In this document: positions 16,865 to 27,396 of the stretch, piece by piece | Layout: every line of letters begins with the position of its first letter | Numbering within the stretch: the first letter of the stretch is position 1 | Virus record (IMG/VR): IMGVR_UViG_3300042327_001345 | Coordinates: 1 to 55,621 of that record | Direction: 5' to 3' (one strand) | Origin: a virus | Lineage: Duplodnaviria > Caudoviricetes | Length of the DNA: 55,621 nucleotides | Translations under genes and position numbers: made by a program | Notes under the pieces: generated by a model | Database searches by the model: none | What the model saw: the letters and a program-made list of their open reading frames with translations, nothing else | Told to the model about the DNA's origin: nothing

Positions 16865-17779
16865 ATGGCCGCTCCAATGCGCAGTACGGACTTTAGAAGC
16901 ATCGTTGAACCAATTCTCAACGAGTGCTTCGATGGAGTCTATGACCAACGTACCGATGAATGGTCACGAGTTTTTCGTGAGTCTGAAGGTATTCCTCGTA
17001 ACTATCATGAAGAGCCTGTCCTTTATGGATTTGGTGCCGCTCCTCAGTTGCCTGACGGTTCACCCGTTAGCTACCAACAAGGCGGCGTGCTGTTCCTGAA
17101 GCGCTATGTGTACAACGTTTATGGCTTGGCCTTTGCGTTGACCAAAGTGCTTGTGGAAGACGGCGACCACATCCGTATCGGCAATGTTTACGCTCGACAC
17201 TTGGCCCAATCTTTGATTGAAACCAAAGAAACCTTGTCGGCTAACATTTTGAACCGCGCCTTCAATGCCTCCTACCCCGGCGGTGATGGTGTTCAACTTA
17301 ACTCCAACGCGCACCCAATCGTTAGCGGCACCGCTAGCAATTTGTTGTCCACCGCGGCGAACTTGTCTCAAACATCTCTCGAACAGATGCTGATTCAAAT
17401 CCGTCAAGCTGTTGACAACAACGGTAAGCGTATTCGTTTGGTTCCCAAGCAATTGGTGGTTGCCCCCGGCAACATTTTCCAAGCGGAAGTTTTGTTGAAA
17501 TCTGTCCTGCGTAGCGGTACAGCAAACAACGACATCAACCCTGTTAAAGCCATTGGTCTGCTTGACCAAGGTGCCGCAGTGTTGTCTCGTTTGACTTCGC
17601 CCAACGCATGGTGGGTTCAGACTGACGCGCCCGAAGGCATGAAGCTTTTGATGCGCCGTAAGCTGGAGAAAACCATGGAAGGCGACTTCGAAACTGACTC
17701 TATGCGCTACAAAGCGACTGAGCGTTACGACGTTGGCTTCACCGACTGGCGTGCCATGTACGGCACACCGGGCGTTTAA
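16865..17779 (+). CDS. Major capsid protein (HK97 fold)
   Basis: AGGAGG RBS; 304 aa; GDGVQL...[29 protein letters not shown]; followed by terminator. Confidence 0.85.
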   Translation: MAAPMRSTDFRSIVEPILNECFDGVYDQRTDEWSRVFRESEGIPRNYHEEPVLYGFGAAPQLPDGSPVSYQQGGVLFLKRYVYNVYGLAFALTKVLVEDGDHIRIGNVYARHLAQSLIETKETLSANILNRAFNASYPGGDGVQLNSNAHPIVSGTASNLLSTAANLSQTSLEQMLIQIRQAVDNNGKRIRLVPKQLVVAPGNIFQAEVLLKSVLRSGTANNDINPVKAIGLLDQGAAVLSRLTSPNAWWVQTDAPEGMKLLMRRKLEKTMEGDFETDSMRYKATERYDVGFTDWRAMYGTPGV

Positions 17780-17793
17780 CCGTAGTGCAAAGT

Positions 17794-17824
17794 GGGGCGG
17801 GACAAAAATCTCGCCCCTTTTTTT
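17794..17824 (+). terminator. Rho-independent terminator after MCP
   Basis: GGGGCGGGA-CAAAAA-TCTCGCCCC followed by T7. Confidence 0.8.
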
Positions 17825-17855
17825 AATTTTCGTCAAGCTTTTCAAGGAGAAGACG

Positions 17856-18842
17856 ATGCCTCAATTTTCAGACGACTTATATTTGGGTGCGGCCCCAACT
17901 TATCAAAATTTGACCCAGTACCCCACATCCGCAACCTTTACCGGTTCAATCGCAACCACAGTGCTGACTGTCACTGCAATTTTGACGGGTGACGTTATTC
18001 AGCTTGGCCAACAAGTGAATGGAACTGGTGTTACTGCCGGTACGTTCGTTACTGGCTTTTTGACTGGTACAGGCGGCATTGGCACTTACTCTGTCAACGT
18101 TTCACAAACAGCCTCCAGCACAACCATGACCTTGTCTGGTAATGCTGTATTTGGCGATCCATCGCAAATGGATACAGGTGTTGGCCCTATGGGTCGAATC
18201 TACGTCTTTGACGTGGTTCCCTTGACTTCCAACACGGCAAATATTTGCGCCAGCCAAACACCTGCGGCGGCTGGCAACCTTTCCTTGCTTAACACCAGCT
18301 TGCTTGGCAACCGTTACGTCGTCCGCGCCGACGGCACACCTGTTGTGCAGTTGGATTGCCCTCGCAACGTTAACGTCACTTTGGCGGCTGGTGGAACTGC
18401 TCAAGTGCACACAGTCACCGGCTGGGATCTTTACGGTCAGGCCATGTCAGAAGCCATTACGTCGGTTGCAAACAGTACCGTGCAAGGCAAAAAAGCCTTC
18501 TTCCAAATTGCCAGCGTAGCAACTGCTGGTGGAAGTACAACTGCTGTCACCGTCGGAACTGGTCAGCTTCTTGGCGTACCTGTTCGTATCACAAGCGGCG
18601 TGTACATCTGTCACGTAGGCTGGGATTCCGGCTTTGCTTTGGACACCGGCACTTTGGCTGTGGCCGATACAACCAACCCCGCAACCACCACCACTGGTGA
18701 CGTGCGCGGTACGTTTTCGCCAACTTCCGCCCCTAACGGCATCCGACGCTTGGTGCTTGGCATCATGCTTCCCGCTATTGCCGCTGGCCCCAACGCGACT
18801 CGACTGGGTGCGTTTGGTGTAAATCAAAACCTTGCAACCTAA
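17856..18842 (+). CDS. Virion structural protein (Thr/Gly-rich, beta)
   Basis: AAGGAG RBS before ATG 17856 ([11 protein letters not shown]). Confidence 0.7.
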   Translation: MPQFSDDLYLGAAPTYQNLTQYPTSATFTGSIATTVLTVTAILTGDVIQLGQQVNGTGVTAGTFVTGFLTGTGGIGTYSVNVSQTASSTTMTLSGNAVFGDPSQMDTGVGPMGRIYVFDVVPLTSNTANICASQTPAAAGNLSLLNTSLLGNRYVVRADGTPVVQLDCPRNVNVTLAAGGTAQVHTVTGWDLYGQAMSEAITSVANSTVQGKKAFFQIASVATAGGSTTAVTVGTGQLLGVPVRITSGVYICHVGWDSGFALDTGTLAVADTTNPATTTTGDVRGTFSPTSAPNGIRRLVLGIMLPAIAAGPNATRLGAFGVNQNLAT

Positions 18843-18854
18843 TAGGGGAATGTC

Positions 18855-19757
18855 ATGGGTCAATTTAAACCAATGGTGAAAATGGAAACCACTGAGCCAT
18901 CAGTGATTCTGAAGCTGAAAAAGGGTGGCCACGTCAATTACAAAGACGGCGGTCAAGCCGAAAGCGGTCACACAAAAATGGCAGGCGGCGGCAAGATGAG
19001 AGGCGCTTTGCAAATGAGCGCTGAGCCTGCTTTCAAGGGTAAACCAGTTGTGAATGCATCTGTCAAAAATCCTTTGACCAAATTGACCAAGGCCCTAAAG
19101 CCAGTAGTCAAAGCCGCCACAGGTGTTACAACACGCACCGTCGATCCAATCGCCCGAAAAGAGCAAGACCAAGCTCGGTTGAAAGCATTGGATGATAGTG
19201 CGGTTAGGCTCAAAGCGGCTCAGCCAATGCGAAGAGCCAAGGGCGGTAAGGCTGACATGGCGCAAGATAAGGCCATCGTCCAAAAGGCTATGAAGCAACA
19301 CGACACGCAACAGCATGCAGACAAAACAAAGCTGAAGCTCAAGCATGGCGGCAAAATGGCAACTGGCGGTGTGGCAATGAGCAATGCAGGCGGTTACAAA
19401 ACTGGCGGTGTTGTGAACAACAAACCCGGCGGTTACAAGACTGGTGGCGTAGCTATGGCCAACGCTGGCGGTTACGCCAAAGGCGGCATGGTTGATACCG
19501 GTAAGGCTGAAAAAATGCCCCAAGGTATGAAAAAGCCATCACCTCCTGCTACCGGCCAAATCAACTTCTCTGGCGCTTATGCAAACGGCGGTAGAGCAAC
19601 TATGGCCAAACCGATGGCGAAACCGATGGCAAAGTCCTCTGCACCTATGGCTGTAAATCATTCTTCACGCGCTTTGCGTGATGAGGTTTACAAGCCTCAG
19701 GCAAAGCAGATGCGCACGCGAGTCTATAAAAAAGGCGGCAACACAGAAATGTGTTAA
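18855..19757 (+). CDS. Basic low-complexity protein with 11 xxxGG motifs
   Basis: LKKGG, YKDGG, MAGGG, RAKGG, LKHGG, MATGG, YKTGG x2, YAKGG, YANGG, YKKGG. Confidence 0.8.
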   Translation: MGQFKPMVKMETTEPSVILKLKKGGHVNYKDGGQAESGHTKMAGGGKMRGALQMSAEPAFKGKPVVNASVKNPLTKLTKALKPVVKAATGVTTRTVDPIARKEQDQARLKALDDSAVRLKAAQPMRRAKGGKADMAQDKAIVQKAMKQHDTQQHADKTKLKLKHGGKMATGGVAMSNAGGYKTGGVVNNKPGGYKTGGVAMANAGGYAKGGMVDTGKAEKMPQGMKKPSPPATGQINFSGAYANGGRATMAKPMAKPMAKSSAPMAVNHSSRALRDEVYKPQAKQMRTRVYKKGGNTEMC

Positions 19758-19780
19758 TTTTCAAGTTGCGCGTTGATTCA

Positions 19781-19808
19781 TGCAAGGGCTGTGGCCCTTG
19801 CAGTTTTT
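19781..19808 (+). terminator. Hairpin, probable terminator
   Basis: TGCAAGGGC-TGTG-GCCCTTGCA followed by GTTTTT. Confidence 0.6.
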
Positions 19809-19821
19809 GCAAAGGAATGTC

Positions 19822-22449
19822 ATGTCTGTACAAGTAGCACAAAATCACCCGATACCACGTAATGAAAACCAAGGTAACACCCAAGCCTCGGCTCGGTCAC
19901 ACGCATACGATGGTGTTGACAAGCTTCGCGTTTCATTGCCGCAATCGCTGATTGACACGGATTTTGAATACGGCCTACAACCCACCAAGTGGGAATCCGT
20001 TTCTTTGCAAAATAATCGGCAAAGTATTTATTTCGACCCACAAGTGCCGTTGCCAATAGTTTTCGGCACAGGCATAACCTCAGACGGCGCATCTCCTCGT
20101 TCACTGATCACGGTGAATGTGACTTCTAGCGCCCCATCAGTTGGCCAGCCAGTAGTTATTCAAAACGCACTCGACGTAAACATAAACGGCACTTGGTACG
20201 TACAGTCAACCTCGGGCGGTACAAGCTTCACGTTTTATGCGGGTGGTGTTGTGCCTGCAAGCGTTAATTACGCCAATCCAGCAAACACATATGCGTATAC
20301 CGGGAACTTCTTCTCGCGATGCGGATTTAACCTTGCCTTAAGCGCGTTCACCGCTGTCGGCCTAACGGTCACGGTGACTACGGTCACGCCTCACGGCCTC
20401 AGCCGGGGCAATCAAATTTACATTACAGGCTTGACCGGCACAAACCCTCCAAATGGAGCGTGGACTGTCGATTCTGCCGCAACCGCGAATACATTTACTT
20501 TCACATCAATTCTTGCCGCCAGCGGGATTACAAACTCGGCAGGCACGTCAAACGTCTTTTCAAGACCCGCTGGATTTCTTGTTAATCGACCTTTTGACGG
20601 CGGTGTTGCGTTTACGTCTGGCGCGTCTGTGCCAAACGCTCAACTGATTCGACAAACCCGAAGATATTTCCGGTATCAATCAGGAAAGTCTATTCAATTC
20701 TCTACCGGCTCATCTATGATGCCGTCTTTGCCTGTTCAGTCAATAACTTCGTCTGGACAAACAGTCACGGTAACAACTGTCGGAGCGCACAATTTAGCGG
20801 TGAGCACTGTTGTTCAAATTTCCAATGCAAATCAAACTGCATACAATGGAAACTTTCCAATTTTAACAACCCCAACATTAAATACGTTTACGTATCAGGC
20901 AATCACTCCGCCGGGAGTTACCCCCGCAACAACAAACACCTTGTTTAGATTGTGTCCTATCAGTTGGTACGGTAGCGTCAACAGAATGGGCATTTTTGAT
21001 TTGCAAAACGGTGCATTCTTTGAATTTGACGGACAGAATCTGTTTGCCGTCAGACGCAACAGCACATTGCAAATTTCTGGAACTGTTCAAGTCACGCTTG
21101 GATCAGGTACTGTGACAGGCATCGGTACATCTTTTGCAACACAACTCACCGTACGCGATTACATCGTCATTCGCGGGCAGTCGTATCGTGTTTTGAACAT
21201 CGAGAGCAATACCGTATTGCATATTTCGCCAGAGTATCGCGGCGAGTCCTATAGCGGGTCTGCCATTGGCGGATTTACGGTTTCACGCACACGAGATTTG
21301 CGGATTCCTCGCTCGCAGTGGCAAGACCCACTTGATGGCACGGGCCCGTCAGGATTCAACATTGATTTGACGCGCATGCAAATGTGGTTCGTTGACTACT
21401 CATGGTATGGCGCTGGCGTAATTCGCTGGGGCGTGAGAGCCACTGGCGGCGCAATTATTTATTGCCACACGCTACAGAGTAGCAACATCGAATACGAAGC
21501 GTACATGCGGTCAGGCAACTTGCCTGCTCACTACGAGGTTGACGGCGTTTCTCCGTCAACCCAAACTACCGCAACATATTCAAACACTGAAGTTGCAGGC
21601 TCAAGCATTTTTGTAACCACAACTGAGGGATTCCCACCAAGCGGATCAATTCGGGTTCAAAACGCTGGCGTAAGCGGAAGTGCGGAGGTGATGACCTATT
21701 CGCTCAAAACCCCAACAAGTTTTGTGATAAGCGGACGCGCCCAAACTGGCGGCTCTTTATCTCAACAAAACTTCCCTTTTAGTTCAACCGCCTCAGTCGG
21801 AATTGAATACGTTTCGCCTGACACAACCGTTGTGCTTAACCACTGGGGTTCGTCGGTCATCATGGATGGACGATTCGATGAAGACAAATCATTGATTTTC
21901 AATTTCGGCTCAACTTCAACGGTTAGCATTCCTGCGGGACAGACTGTTCCAATTATTGCTTTGCGAATAGCCCCGTCGGTTGATAGCGGCACAACGGGCT
22001 TGTTTGGCGCAAAAGAAGTTGTGAACCACATGCAATTACAACCATACGAATTGGGTGTTATCACAAGCGGCCCGTTTTTGATTCAATTGACCTTAAATGC
22101 CTTTGTTACGGGTTTTACGGGATCTTTTGTTCGGCCCGTTACTGGCACGCAAATCAGTTCTTCGTTGGCGCAAATTGCTTTAAACACAAGCGGATCCGCA
22201 ACCATTACGGGTGGCGAATCGGCTATTGCGGCTTTTACCAATACCAATGGTGAAACAACATTGGATTTGCGAGACGTGCGAGATTTAGGCAACTCAATTT
22301 TGGGCGGCGGATTTTCAAACACAGCGTCAACAAACCGTGGCGGCTTCTACCCCGACGGCCCCGATGTTGTTTACGTGTCAGCCACTAACACCGGCGCGGC
22401 GGCGCAAACAATCTTGGCGCGTCTATCTTGGAAAGAAGCTCAAGCCTAA
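19822..22449 (+). CDS. Large virion structural protein with three small beta-sandwich repeats
   Basis: AAGGA RBS; repeats of VTVTT..xHxL..G..V.I......NG.W/F.V......TFTF/Y. Confidence 0.7.
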   Translation: MSVQVAQNHPIPRNENQGNTQASARSHAYDGVDKLRVSLPQSLIDTDFEYGLQPTKWESVSLQNNRQSIYFDPQVPLPIVFGTGITSDGASPRSLITVNVTSSAPSVGQPVVIQNALDVNINGTWYVQSTSGGTSFTFYAGGVVPASVNYANPANTYAYTGNFFSRCGFNLALSAFTAVGLTVTVTTVTPHGLSRGNQIYITGLTGTNPPNGAWTVDSAATANTFTFTSILAASGITNSAGTSNVFSRPAGFLVNRPFDGGVAFTSGASVPNAQLIRQTRRYFRYQSGKSIQFSTGSSMMPSLPVQSITSSGQTVTVTTVGAHNLAVSTVVQISNANQTAYNGNFPILTTPTLNTFTYQAITPPGVTPATTNTLFRLCPISWYGSVNRMGIFDLQNGAFFEFDGQNLFAVRRNSTLQISGTVQVTLGSGTVTGIGTSFATQLTVRDYIVIRGQSYRVLNIESNTVLHISPEYRGESYSGSAIGGFTVSRTRDLRIPRSQWQDPLDGTGPSGFNIDLTRMQMWFVDYSWYGAGVIRWGVRATGGAIIYCHTLQSSNIEYEAYMRSGNLPAHYEVDGVSPSTQTTATYSNTEVAGSSIFVTTTEGFPPSGSIRVQNAGVSGSAEVMTYSLKTPTSFVISGRAQTGGSLSQQNFPFSSTASVGIEYVSPDTTVVLNHWGSSVIMDGRFDEDKSLIFNFGSTSTVSIPAGQTVPIIALRIAPSVDSGTTGLFGAKEVVNHMQLQPYELGVITSGPFLIQLTLNAFVTGFTGSFVRPVTGTQISSSLAQIALNTSGSATITGGESAIAAFTNTNGETTLDLRDVRDLGNSILGGGFSNTASTNRGGFYPDGPDVVYVSATNTGAAAQTILARLSWKEAQA

Positions 22450-22465
22450 ATTTGGAGCGGACAAC

Positions 22466-22645
22466 ATGAAAAAAAAGGGACTTTATGAAAATATTCATGC
22501 AAAACGTGAGCGGATTTCTGAAGGCTCTGGCGAAAAAATGCGCCGAGTGGGTAGCAAAGGTGCGCCAACGGCTGATGCCTTCAAGCAGTCAGCCAAAACA
22601 GCCAGAATGAAATCAGGCGGCAAGATGACCAAGTCCTGTTGGTAA
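22466..22645 (+). CDS. Small basic protein with MKSGG tag
   Basis: GGAG RBS; MKKKGLYENIHAKRERI...RMKSGGKMTKSCW. Confidence 0.75.
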   Translation: MKKKGLYENIHAKRERISEGSGEKMRRVGSKGAPTADAFKQSAKTARMKSGGKMTKSCW

Positions 22646-22648
22646 AAC

Positions 22649-22900
22649 ATGGCAAAAAATCCATCCTTATCAGTTGGCCGCGGAGAAAAACTTCCGCAGT
22701 CAAAAGGCGCTGGATTAACGGCCAAAGGTCGCGCCAAATACAACCGCGAGACTGGGTCAAACTTAAAGGCTCCACAGCCACAGGGCGGCTCACGCAAAGA
22801 TTCATTCTGCGCTCGGATGAGCGGTGTTGTAGAGCATTCAAAGGGTGACGCTCCCCGCGCAAAGGCTTCGCTAAAGCGCTGGGATTGTCCGGGATGGTGA
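22649..22900 (+). CDS. Small basic protein, DUF6321-like
   Basis: GLTAKGRAKYN..TGSNLKAP...RKDSFCARMSG...SLKRWDC pattern. Confidence 0.7.
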   Translation: MAKNPSLSVGRGEKLPQSKGAGLTAKGRAKYNRETGSNLKAPQPQGGSRKDSFCARMSGVVEHSKGDAPRAKASLKRWDCPGW

Positions 22901-22930
22901 TTTGGTTAACAATGTTGAGTAGGAAGATTA

Positions 22931-24004
22931 ATGTCGTATTCAGGAACCATTGGAACCACCGTCATAGACGTACAGACACTGATTGAACACGGTGCGCGTA
23001 GATGCGGAAAATTGGCTGAGGAGCTTACATCTGAACAGCAGGTGTCAGCAAGGGAGTCGCTGTTTTTCTTCTTGAGCCACCTTGCCAATCGCGGCATACA
23101 GTATTGGTGTATCCAGAAAAATATTCTGGGCGCAAGACCCGAAGAATACATTTATTCGTTGCCAGCGGGCACCGTTGACGCTTTGAATGTTTTGTACAGA
23201 ACCATGGATCGCCCAACCGGAACGGTTGCATCTTCTGCTGGCGGCGTGGCGGCAAACGCATTTGACGGCGACACCAGCACATTTTGTCAGCAAGGCTCAG
23301 CCGCCGGAAACATTTCAATCGATTACGGCGCTGGCCAAAACATATACGTAGCATCGGTTGGCTTCTTGCCATACGTTGCTGGCGGAGGCTCGCAAACATG
23401 GAGCTACGTTTTTGAATCGTCCACTGACGGCATTACGTGGAACACTTTGTACACCGGCACAAACGTCGCCATCACTGACAACACTTGGGTGTGGCAGGAC
23501 ATCGACCCGGGCGCGAGCGTGCCTTACTACCGTATGAGAGCGACGGGCGCAACTACCTTGTCCTTGCGTGAGCTTTATTTCGGCACAAACGGACGTGAGA
23601 TACAAATGTCGCGCCTTAACAGGGACGACTACACCAACCTGCCAAACAAAAACTTCCTTGGCAATCAGCCATTTCAGTTTTGGTTTGATAGAACGATCCC
23701 GTTGCCAACCATTTACGTTTGGCCAGTTCCGGACAATGCGTTTGTTCAGATTGTTGCTTGGTGTAGCCGCCAAATCATGGATGTTGGCGCTTTGTACAAC
23801 GAGGTTGAGATCCCTCAACGTTGGTACGAGGCTGTGCTGATGAATTTGGCGCACCGCATGTCCATGGAGCTACCCAACGTTCCGACAGACAAAATCCAAT
23901 ATCTCGAGACTCAAGCCGTCAAGTTTTTGCTTGAGGCTGAACAAGAAGAGCGTGACCATTCGCCTATTTATTGGGCACCAAATATTTCTGTGTACACGAG
24001 GTAA
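22931..24004 (+). CDS. Head-tail adaptor-like protein with inserted discoidin (F5/8 type C-like) domain
   Basis: Helical N- and C-terminal halves (IYVWPVPD, EIPQRWYEA) flank ANAFDGDTST...SSTDGITW...YYRMR...ELYF. Confidence 0.6.
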   Translation: MSYSGTIGTTVIDVQTLIEHGARRCGKLAEELTSEQQVSARESLFFFLSHLANRGIQYWCIQKNILGARPEEYIYSLPAGTVDALNVLYRTMDRPTGTVASSAGGVAANAFDGDTSTFCQQGSAAGNISIDYGAGQNIYVASVGFLPYVAGGGSQTWSYVFESSTDGITWNTLYTGTNVAITDNTWVWQDIDPGASVPYYRMRATGATTLSLRELYFGTNGREIQMSRLNRDDYTNLPNKNFLGNQPFQFWFDRTIPLPTIYVWPVPDNAFVQIVAWCSRQIMDVGALYNEVEIPQRWYEAVLMNLAHRMSMELPNVPTDKIQYLETQAVKFLLEAEQEERDHSPIYWAPNISVYTR

Positions 24005-24006
24005 TC

Positions 24007-24282
24007 ATGCCTAGATTTTTAAACACAGAAGGTTTGTCGGTCATAGCCATCGCAGTTTGCGATAGGTGCAAGATGAAGCGACCGTTGATTGCGTTATCAC
24101 AGGATCGTAACTCCCCCGGTCTGCGTGTGTGTGACCAAGGTTGCAACGACGAGAAAGATCCTTACAGGTTGCCAGCAAGGCAAACAGAACGGATTAATTT
24201 AAGATTTCCGCGACCCGATCTGCCTCTCAATGGTGAGGACAATCAGTCGCCGCTTTACCGCGGCAAGTACGGGCCGACATAA
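24007..24282 (+). CDS. Small Cys-containing protein (CDRC...VCDQGC)
   Basis: GAGG RBS, ATG 24007. Confidence 0.7.
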   Translation: MPRFLNTEGLSVIAIAVCDRCKMKRPLIALSQDRNSPGLRVCDQGCNDEKDPYRLPARQTERINLRFPRPDLPLNGEDNQSPLYRGKYGPT

Positions 24283-24291
24283 AGGATAAAC

Positions 24292-27200
24292 ATGGCACAG
24301 GCAGGCTTTACCCCAATCCAACTGTTCTTTTCAAACACCGCAACCAACGTCCCTGCGGCGTTGGCTAACGGCGAATTGGCTATCAATCAAGCGGATGGAA
24401 AACTGTATTACAGAAACAATTCCGGAGTGGTGACGCAATTTTCGTCTGGCGGCGGAACTGTATCCAGCGTTGCGTTTTCCACAGGAACAACGGGTTTAAG
24501 CGTCACAGGTAGCCCAATTACAACCTCTGGCACGATAACGCTGGCGGGCATTTTGATTGCCGTCAATGGCGGTACAGGCATCGGAAGCTACGCCCAAGGT
24601 GAAATGCTGTACGCCAACACCACCACAACGTTGGATAAGGTTTCGGCAAACACCACGGTCACCAAGAAATTTCTAAGCCAAACTGGCAACGGAACAGCAG
24701 GCTTGGCCCCGTCATGGGCGCAACCGGCGGCTACTGACATCACGGGATTGGCCCCATCCGCAACAACTGACACAACCAATGCGTCAAACATTACAAGTGG
24801 CACGTTGAGTGTTTCTGTTGGCGGTACTGGTCAAACAACGTACACCGATGGCCAATTATTGATTGGCAACAGTACTGGTAACACGCTTGCAAAATCTACC
24901 TTGACCGCAGGTTCTGGCATCACCATTACCAACGGCTCGGGTTCAATCACAATCGCCGCAAGTGGCGGCGGCGGTACTGTTACTTCCGTTACTGGCACAT
25001 CGCCCGTGGCATCTTCAGGCGGCGCAACGCCAGACATCAGCCTGTCTGCCGGATATGGCGACACCTTAAACCCGTACGCAAGCAAGACAGCAAACTTTGT
25101 ACTTGCCGCGCCAGACGGCACTGCTGGAGTTCCAACATTCAGAGCATTGGTTGCGACTGATGTGCCTACGTTAAATCAGAATACAACAGGCACAGCCGCC
25201 GGATTGTCAGCAACCCTTGCAATTGGAAGTGGCGGCACGGGGCTGGCCACAACGCCCACAAACGGGCAATTGTTGATAGGTAATGGCACCGGCTATACCC
25301 TAGCATCTTTGACTGCCGGATCGGGCATTACAGTAACTCCGGGCGCTGGAAGCATAACCATTGCCGCAACTGCTGGCGGTGGCGGTACGGTGACTAGCGT
25401 GGATATGTCGGTGCCAGCCTTCTTGTCCATCTCCGGAAACCCCATCACCACTTCCGGCACTTTGGCCGTTGGCCTTTCTGGAACAGCGCTTCCAGTTGCA
25501 AATGGCGGCACAGGGCAAACTACCTACACAAACGGTGAGTTATTGATCGGCAATAGCACCGGCAACACCCTGACAAAAACAACTCTGACCGCTGGGTCTG
25601 GAATATCGATCACCAACGGAACAGGATCGATCACCATTGCTTCTACCGGCGGCGGAGGCTCGGTAACCAGTGTGGACATGACTGTGCCAGCATTTTTGTC
25701 CGTATCTGGTAACCCTATCACAACGTCTGGCACGTTGGCTGTGACTCTGTCAGGGACGGCGCTTCCAATTGCAAACGGCGGTACTGGGGCAACAACACAG
25801 CAAGCGGCCATTAACGCGTTAGCCGGTACTCAGACCAACAACCGCGTTTTGCGCTCGGACGGAACAAATACAACACTGTCCCAAGTGGCGCTTGGCACTG
25901 ATGTGTCTGGTATTTTGCCTGTTGCAAACGGTGGCACGGCACAAAATACCTATGTAAATGGCGAATTGCTGATTGGCAACACGACCGGAAATACGCTCAC
26001 AAAAGCAACTTTAACCGCCGGGACTGGAATATCAATTACCAACGGTACGGGATCAATTACCGTTGCAACCTCTGGCGTAGTTACGTCAGTTACAGGAACA
26101 TCGCCTGTTGTCTCGTCAGGTGGCACAACACCCGCAATTAGCTTGGCATCAGCTTATGGCGACACGTTGAATCCATATGGAAGCAAGACGGCAAACAACT
26201 TCCTTGCGGCCCCCAACGGATCTGCTGGCGTGCCTAGCTTCCGCGCAATCTTGGCGGCTGACATCCCTACACTGAACCAAAACACCACTGGAACAGCAGG
26301 CGGGCTATCATCAACTCTTGCGGTCACAAGCGGCGGTACGGGACAAACTACCTACACAGATGGCCAGTTGCTGATTGGCAATTCCACTGGCAACACGCTC
26401 ACAAAATCAACGCTTACGGCTGGCTCTGGCATTACTATCACCAACGGTTCGGGCGCAATCACCATCGCCGCATCAGGTGGTGGCGGGGTGACTGGTTTTA
26501 CAACCGCACTGAACACAGCCGCACCAAATGCCACCAACAACGTTAGCTCGATTACAGCCAGCGGCGGAACAACCAATCAATACTTTGCAATCATCCCCAA
26601 AGGTACGGGCGGTGTTATAGGCGCTATCCCTGATAGCACTTCAACAGGCGGCAATGTTCGCGGCACTTATGCTATTGATCTTCAATTTACAAGAACTGCG
26701 GCAACTCAAGTCGCGTCAGCACAAGACTCAATAATCATCGGCGGCTTCCAAAATTCGGCAACCTCACAAGGCGCAATGGTATTTGGAGGTGGTGTAAATA
26801 GTTCAGGCGGCATTAGGTCGGTGATCTTGGGTGGAGATAACAATACCTTAACGGGGGCGGGGGCGGCGTGTGTAGGTGGCGCTTATGGCAACGATAGGGG
26901 TCTGCAATATGCAATTGTGAGCGGCTCGGGTAAGTCTACATCTACAGGGTCTAACCAGACTCGAACAATCCAATTATCGCTTGAAACAACAAACGCCACC
27001 ACCGCAGTAGCAACGAGTAATTCAAGTCCCGCGTCCAGTTTCAATCAGCTTAACTTAGTAGACGCAACAGCTTTTGCATTTAGAGTTCAAATAATTGCGT
27101 CTGTTAAAACTTCAGGCGGAAATGCAAAAGCGTGGACTATCACAGGCGCTATAAAACGTGGGGCTGGAGTGGGTACAACTGTATTGGTGGGCACGCCTAC

Positions 27201-27360
27201 AGTTAACGTTGATGCCGCAGATTCAGGCGCATCGTCATGGACTGTGACGGCTACCGCTGATACAACAAATGGCGCTTTAAGCATTAATTGCACAGGTCAA
27301 GCTTCAACAAATATTCGCTGGAATTGTGTTGCGACTTCAAGTGAAGTAATTGCCGCGTAA
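24292..27360 (+). CDS. Tail fibre protein with internal Gly/Thr-rich repeats
   Basis: N-terminal LANGELAINQADGKLYY anchor; about 5 copies of L.V..GGTGQTTYT.G.LLIGN.TGNTL.K.TLTAG.GI.ITNG.GSITIA. Confidence 0.8.
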   Translation: MAQAGFTPIQLFFSNTATNVPAALANGELAINQADGKLYYRNNSGVVTQFSSGGGTVSSVAFSTGTTGLSVTGSPITTSGTITLAGILIAVNGGTGIGSYAQGEMLYANTTTTLDKVSANTTVTKKFLSQTGNGTAGLAPSWAQPAATDITGLAPSATTDTTNASNITSGTLSVSVGGTGQTTYTDGQLLIGNSTGNTLAKSTLTAGSGITITNGSGSITIAASGGGGTVTSVTGTSPVASSGGATPDISLSAGYGDTLNPYASKTANFVLAAPDGTAGVPTFRALVATDVPTLNQNTTGTAAGLSATLAIGSGGTGLATTPTNGQLLIGNGTGYTLASLTAGSGITVTPGAGSITIAATAGGGGTVTSVDMSVPAFLSISGNPITTSGTLAVGLSGTALPVANGGTGQTTYTNGELLIGNSTGNTLTKTTLTAGSGISITNGTGSITIASTGGGGSVTSVDMTVPAFLSVSGNPITTSGTLAVTLSGTALPIANGGTGATTQQAAINALAGTQTNNRVLRSDGTNTTLSQVALGTDVSGILPVANGGTAQNTYVNGELLIGNTTGNTLTKATLTAGTGISITNGTGSITVATSGVVTSVTGTSPVVSSGGTTPAISLASAYGDTLNPYGSKTANNFLAAPNGSAGVPSFRAILAADIPTLNQNTTGTAGGLSSTLAVTSGGTGQTTYTDGQLLIGNSTGNTLTKSTLTAGSGITITNGSGAITIAASGGGGVTGFTTALNTAAPNATNNVSSITASGGTTNQYFAIIPKGTGGVIGAIPDSTSTGGNVRGTYAIDLQFTRTAATQVASAQDSIIIGGFQNSATSQGAMVFGGGVNSSGGIRSVILGGDNNTLTGAGAACVGGAYGNDRGLQYAIVSGSGKSTSTGSNQTRTIQLSLETTNATTAVATSNSSPASSFNQLNLVDATAFAFRVQIIASVKTSGGNAKAWTITGAIKRGAGVGTTVLVGTPTVNVDAADSGASSWTVTATADTTNGALSINCTGQASTNIRWNCVATSSEVIAA

Positions 27361-27396
27361 TATGCTTAGAAAATTTTTGTTTAAGGAATAAAAACA

